Origin: a virus
Length of the DNA: 64,000 nt
Strand: one strand, 5' to 3'
Virus record (IMG/VR): IMGVR_UViG_3300028920_000040
Location: 32,001 to 96,000 of that record
The notes under the pieces are model-generated. The model was not told where the DNA came from. It ran no database searches and saw only the letters and a list, made by a program, of their open reading frames with translations. Below are positions 60,281 to 64,000 of this stretch, in pieces. A program made the position numbers and the translations under genes. Every line of letters starts with the position of its first letter. Positions within the stretch are counted from its first letter, which is position 1.

Positions 60281-60433
60281 ATGAACTTTAAAGACCATTA
60301 TTTAAAAGAAGCTGGTGAGAAAAATGATATATTATATCATACCACCCTTGCTGCGACCGTCCCAAAGATATTAGAAGACGGAATAATTTATCCAACACCA
60401 GAAACATTTAAGGCATTAGCACAAAGACATTAA
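60281..60433 (+). pseudogene. 50-aa CTS-bearing ORF resembling a truncated ART-fold N-terminus
   Basis: MNFKDHYLKEAGEKNDILYHTTLAATVPKILEDGIIYP...; LYHxT...IL..G resembles ADP-ribosyltransferase strand 1. TAATG overlap with cca. Confidence 0.45.
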
Positions 60434-61872
60434 TGAGATTCTCAACATTTTATACAACACACTTCTTACTTGAAGCTGGTACCTTCTCCGATTGGAAAGG
60501 CTACGTGGAGAGAACTCCCGAGCTTAAAAATGCGGTAGAAGTAATGCAGAAGATAGATGCGAAAGGAAAAGACATTCGCAGCTATGTTGTGGGTGGTGCT
60601 GTTCGTGATATCGTTATGGGTAGAGATTTTAATGATGTTGATATCGCAACCAATCTTCCTATATCAGAAATCGAAAAGATGTTCAAGACTCATGATATTG
60701 GAAAGAATAAAGACTTTGGTATTGTTGTTGTTGATTACAAAGGCGATGTATTTGAAATTGCAAACTTCCGTCAGGATGGTGCATACCTTGATGGTCGCAG
60801 ACCAGAAGATGTAAAGATCGTTATGAGTTTCGAAGACGATGCCGGCCGCAGAGACTTTACTGTCAATGCAATGGGTATCGACAAAGACGGAAATGTTATA
60901 GACTTCTTTGACGGAAAGAAAGATATCAAAGACAAAGTAATTAAAACTGTTGGTGATCCTAATAAAAGATTCGCAGAAGATTATTTAAGAATGTTAAGAG
61001 CCATTCGTTTTGGTTCTAAACTTGGTTTCCGTATTGACGATGATACCATGAAGGCTATCAAATCCAAATCGCATAAGATAAAAGATATTGCTGTCGAAAG
61101 AGTTATGAAAGAAGTCATTAAGATGGCAGAACAGGAAGGATCAAAGTTTGCAGATGCAATCATAACATTGAAAGATGCAGGACTTCTTCAATATATCTTT
61201 CCTGAAATTATAGAAATGGATTCTTTCGAACATTCAGTAGAACATCATCCAGAAGGAAATGTTCTTCAACATACATTGGCCGCACTTAAATCAAGCAATA
61301 GTAAAGACCCATTGGTTAATCTTTCTATTCTGTTTCATGATGTGGGCAAACTAAAGACACATGAAGTAGATGAAAAAGGTCTGCATAGATATTTTGGTCA
61401 TGCTGAAGAGGCTAGAGAAATCATTGAGAATCTTGCAAAGAGACTTAAGCTCGACAATGAAACCAAGAATGCAATGCTATATTCAGCAATCAATCATATG
61501 AAGTTCCACGACTTCCTGAAGATGAGCAACTCCAAGATAATGAGTTTGATGGGAGATGATAACTGGGATTTACTTTATCAAGTTGCATTGGCCGATGCTA
61601 AGGCTCGTGGAGAGGCATTTGATGAGGAAGAATGGAAAAAGATTACTGATAAGATAGATGATCTTACCGCCAAATATAAATCCAAAAAGGCTATAGATAA
61701 TATAAGAAAGATAGTTAATGGCAGAATGGTCATGGACTTATTGAATATGAAAGGTGGTCCTGAGCTTGGTAGAATTATAAATACTACTATTGAATGGATA
61801 TTGGACAACAATATAGACCTTAATGATATAGACAAAATAAAGGAATTTATAATATCGCAAAGGGGCGAATGA
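60433..61872 (+). CDS. cca: CCA-adding tRNA nucleotidyltransferase with HD domain
   Basis: YVVGGAVRD, DVDIAT, RRDFTVNAM, EDYLRMLRAIRF; HD domain HHPEG..HT..FHDVGK. Confidence 0.88.
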   Translation: MRFSTFYTTHFLLEAGTFSDWKGYVERTPELKNAVEVMQKIDAKGKDIRSYVVGGAVRDIVMGRDFNDVDIATNLPISEIEKMFKTHDIGKNKDFGIVVVDYKGDVFEIANFRQDGAYLDGRRPEDVKIVMSFEDDAGRRDFTVNAMGIDKDGNVIDFFDGKKDIKDKVIKTVGDPNKRFAEDYLRMLRAIRFGSKLGFRIDDDTMKAIKSKSHKIKDIAVERVMKEVIKMAEQEGSKFADAIITLKDAGLLQYIFPEIIEMDSFEHSVEHHPEGNVLQHTLAALKSSNSKDPLVNLSILFHDVGKLKTHEVDEKGLHRYFGHAEEAREIIENLAKRLKLDNETKNAMLYSAINHMKFHDFLKMSNSKIMSLMGDDNWDLLYQVALADAKARGEAFDEEEWKKITDKIDDLTAKYKSKKAIDNIRKIVNGRMVMDLLNMKGGPELGRIINTTIEWILDNNIDLNDIDKIKEFIISQRGE

Positions 61873-62129
61873 TGGATAAATTTAAAAAATATCTTGACAA
61901 GAAGATCAACGAGGCTTCAAAATATTCTAAGAAATCAGATGCATATAAAACAGTTGGTAACATTACAGAAACAATTGAAAATATGGTTAGATGTGTTGAA
62001 TATGGCGATGGTACTACTGATATGGACGGACAAGTCCAGTGTGCTAAAGAAATATACGAAAAATTTATAGAACCTCTTGAACAAGAAATAAAACTATTAC
62101 GTAGTCCATCATCTCCCTCACATGGATGA
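61869..62129 (+). CDS. small protein with CTS-like N-terminus
   Basis: MDKFKKYLDKKINE near the start. Confidence 0.65.
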   Translation: MMDKFKKYLDKKINEASKYSKKSDAYKTVGNITETIENMVRCVEYGDGTTDMDGQVQCAKEIYEKFIEPLEQEIKLLRSPSSPSHG

Positions 62130-62142
62130 TAAGGAGTAAACA

Positions 62143-62463
62143 ATGAACAAATTTAAAGACTATCTTGATAATAAACTTAATGAAGATTACGCACAAGACA
62201 AATTTAATCTTGCTCTACAAAAAGGCGTAAGTGCATTTTGGCAGGCAATGTGGGAAGTTTTTGGTAAGGAAGTCAGTACCGATCCTGTAACAGAAAAAGA
62301 ATTAAGAGATGCAATGGCCCGTACAATTGCAAGAATTCAAAATCCTTTAGACGATGATCCAGAAAAGGATGATGAAGACGATACTAATAAAATTATTAAT
62401 ACTATTTATAAGTCCGATGACGACGATGATGACGAAGTTATTAGAATAGTCCCTGATAAATAA
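62143..62463 (+). CDS. small protein with CTS-like N-terminus, paralogue of 62487
   Basis: Starts MNKFKDYLDNKLNE; shares AFW and LR.AM with 62487. Confidence 0.65.
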   Translation: MNKFKDYLDNKLNEDYAQDKFNLALQKGVSAFWQAMWEVFGKEVSTDPVTEKELRDAMARTIARIQNPLDDDPEKDDEDDTNKIINTIYKSDDDDDDEVIRIVPDK

Positions 62464-62486
62464 GAATAAATAATTAGGAGCGAACA

Positions 62487-62813
62487 ATGAACAAATTTAA
62501 AGACTATCTTGATAAGAAGATTAATGAAGAATCTTTACAAGACATAATTGAAAATACTACTGAAAAAGCAGAAATGGCTTTTTGGGCTTCTGTTGAAGAA
62601 TCTCTTGCCATGGCGAAGGTTCCAGCTAGTATAATTCCAACAAAAAAACTTAGAATGGCAATGAAGGATGCTGTTAATTCTTCTGTCTACAGCGACGGTT
62701 CCGAAGAATCCCGTGCATTCGAAAAAGAATTTCGTCCTGAGCCACGCAGACCAAGAGAACCATCACCAGAAGAAAAAGCTTTTGAAAAGGAATTTGGTCC
62801 GGAGGAAGTATGA
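62487..62813 (+). CDS. small protein with CTS-like N-terminus, paralogue of 62143
   Basis: Starts MNKFKDYLDKKINE; AFEKEF occurs twice. Confidence 0.65.
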   Translation: MNKFKDYLDKKINEESLQDIIENTTEKAEMAFWASVEESLAMAKVPASIIPTKKLRMAMKDAVNSSVYSDGSEESRAFEKEFRPEPRRPREPSPEEKAFEKEFGPEEV

Positions 62814-63247
62814 GCATTATAGATCATCTAGATAAACATATCAAAGGCCAATTTAATGAAGAGGCAACTCTTACTGAGTTGTTTAAAATTAAAAAGTTTG
62901 TCGAATTTATAAAAGATAAAGGCGTTCAAGAATTGGACGACGAACATCTTGAAGAATTGATTGCAGACTTTCATATTAATTCTGATCTTGTTTATCAAAA
63001 TATAGAAGACTTCAAAGAAATGTTACGCAATGCCGGTGTTAGTTATGACGACGATGAAGGATCAACTGGGCCCATAAGAGCATTTGTAATGTTCCTTCAG
63101 GACAAGGGAGTAACAGAAGTCAACAATGAAAACTGGAATGCTTTACTAGATGAATTTGGTATGCTTGACTCTGATGTATTAGATGCCAACTGGGAATTCC
63201 TTATGTCTTTATTAGATGAAGTTGGTATAACAAACAATTTAAAATAA
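62810..63247 (+). CDS. acidic protein with internal duplication
   Basis: FVxFxxDKGVxE occurs twice. Confidence 0.6.
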   Translation: MSIIDHLDKHIKGQFNEEATLTELFKIKKFVEFIKDKGVQELDDEHLEELIADFHINSDLVYQNIEDFKEMLRNAGVSYDDDEGSTGPIRAFVMFLQDKGVTEVNNENWNALLDEFGMLDSDVLDANWEFLMSLLDEVGITNNLK

Positions 63248-63265
63248 ATTGAACAAGGAGGCAAT

Positions 63266-63391
63266 ATGTCTTTTTTTGACTATCTATCACAAAATCTTGG
63301 AATTGAAATTCATAATGATCAACCAGAAAATATTGATACACAAGAAACTGTAACTGAAGAAGAAATCTCTGAGGAAACTAAGGAGGATTAA
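63266..63391 (+). CDS. 41-aa acidic peptide (not in ORF track)
   Basis: AAGGAGG RBS; MSFFDYLSQNLGIE...; TAATG overlap. Confidence 0.6.
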   Translation: MSFFDYLSQNLGIEIHNDQPENIDTQETVTEEEISEETKED

Positions 63392-63714
63392 TGTCTATTT
63401 TAGAACATATTCAAAAATCTATTGATAAGACCATTGTAGAAAAGAAGTCTTCTGAAGAAGAAGAAAAAGGCGTATCTTGGTACATTAACAAATTTAAAGA
63501 TAAAATGTCAGGATCAACATTTGCTACATCAATTGGTTGGGTAGATGGTATCGGTAAGGCGATTACGGATAAAGAAAAAGCAAAGGTTCTCAAAGGTATT
63601 ATGAAGTATATAGATATACCTAAGAGTTCGGATGCTAAAAAGTACGAAAAATACAAAGAAGAAGTACAAAGAAAAATAAAAGAATATCCTTGGTGTAAAT
63701 CAGTATTGAAATAA
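63391..63714 (+). CDS. hypothetical protein
   Basis: AGGAGG RBS; starts MSILEHIQKSID. Confidence 0.6.
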   Translation: MSILEHIQKSIDKTIVEKKSSEEEEKGVSWYINKFKDKMSGSTFATSIGWVDGIGKAITDKEKAKVLKGIMKYIDIPKSSDAKKYEKYKEEVQRKIKEYPWCKSVLK

Positions 63715-63726
63715 TAGGAGGAACAG

Positions 63727-64000
63727 ATGACATTTTTAGAAGGCATTCAAGAAATTCTTGATAAGAGTCAAAAAATAATAATTGAAAAGAAATTATCGAC
63801 TAAAGAGAAGAAGGCTCTTCCTAAGAAATCATTTGCTCTTCCAAAGGAACATGCAAAGGTTGCTGATAATAAAAATCACTTTCCAATTAATGACGAATCA
63901 CACGCACGAAACGCACTTGCTCGTGCCAATCAGTATAAGAAATCTCCACGATGGTTTAAAGGAAATTTAGATCAGCTCAAGAAGATTGTTGCTGATTCTG
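63727..64000 (+). CDS. 3'-truncated protein with LPxxxFALP..FPIxDxxHARNALAR motif (DUF6582-like)
   Basis: AGGAGG RBS, ATG at 63727, frame open to the window end. Confidence 0.65.
   Translation, partial: MTFLEGIQEILDKSQKIIIEKKLSTKEKKALPKKSFALPKEHAKVADNKNHFPINDESHARNALARANQYKKSPRWFKGNLDQLKKIVADS

Noticed and set aside
2130-63746. Numerous short minus-strand ORFs in the track
   Set aside because: All overlap well-supported plus-strand genes and show no recognisable motifs.
63782-63970. 62-aa ORF from the track
   Set aside because: Out-of-frame shadow of the RBS-supported ORF starting at 63727.
1-64000. Alternative genetic code (stop codon reassignment, as in some large phages)
   Set aside because: Long genes are intact under the standard code, and TAA, TAG and TGA all end genes at sensible boundaries.

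Overview
AT-rich segment of a large T4-like (myovirus/jumbo-type) phage genome. Essentially all real genes are on the + strand and use standard stop codons. (1) 1-24 kb: baseplate/tail module (gp53-, gp27-, gp5-OB-, gp25-, gp6-, gp7- and gp3-like genes, a 2679-aa fibre, PKD/repeat proteins) with two interspersed glycosyltransferase-like genes, followed by regA. (2) 24.5-29 kb: acidic and enzyme genes, including an RNA-ligase-like KxDG protein and a HIGH nucleotidyltransferase. (3) 29.3-40.3 kb: a 14-gene glycan cluster (7 GTs, FkbM methyltransferase, 3 sulfotransferases, Fcl/ColC, His-type ColD-like dehydratase, Gmm). (4) 40.3-45.1 kb: a 55-aa protein and a 1532-aa adhesin-like protein sharing one module, behind a soc-like late-promoter/hairpin. 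(5) A tmRNA with no encoded CCA. (6) 45.9-64 kb: genes that nearly all start with an N-terminal peptide resembling the T4 internal-protein capsid-targeting sequence (about 30 such ORFs window-wide). They include a six-copy polymorphic paralogue array, a kinase fusion, a GP88-like protein and a CCA-adding enzyme. The best candidates for new biology are the putative virion-packaged cargo cassette and a sulfated-glycan virion modification system. All assignments come from motif recognition by eye; no database searches were run.
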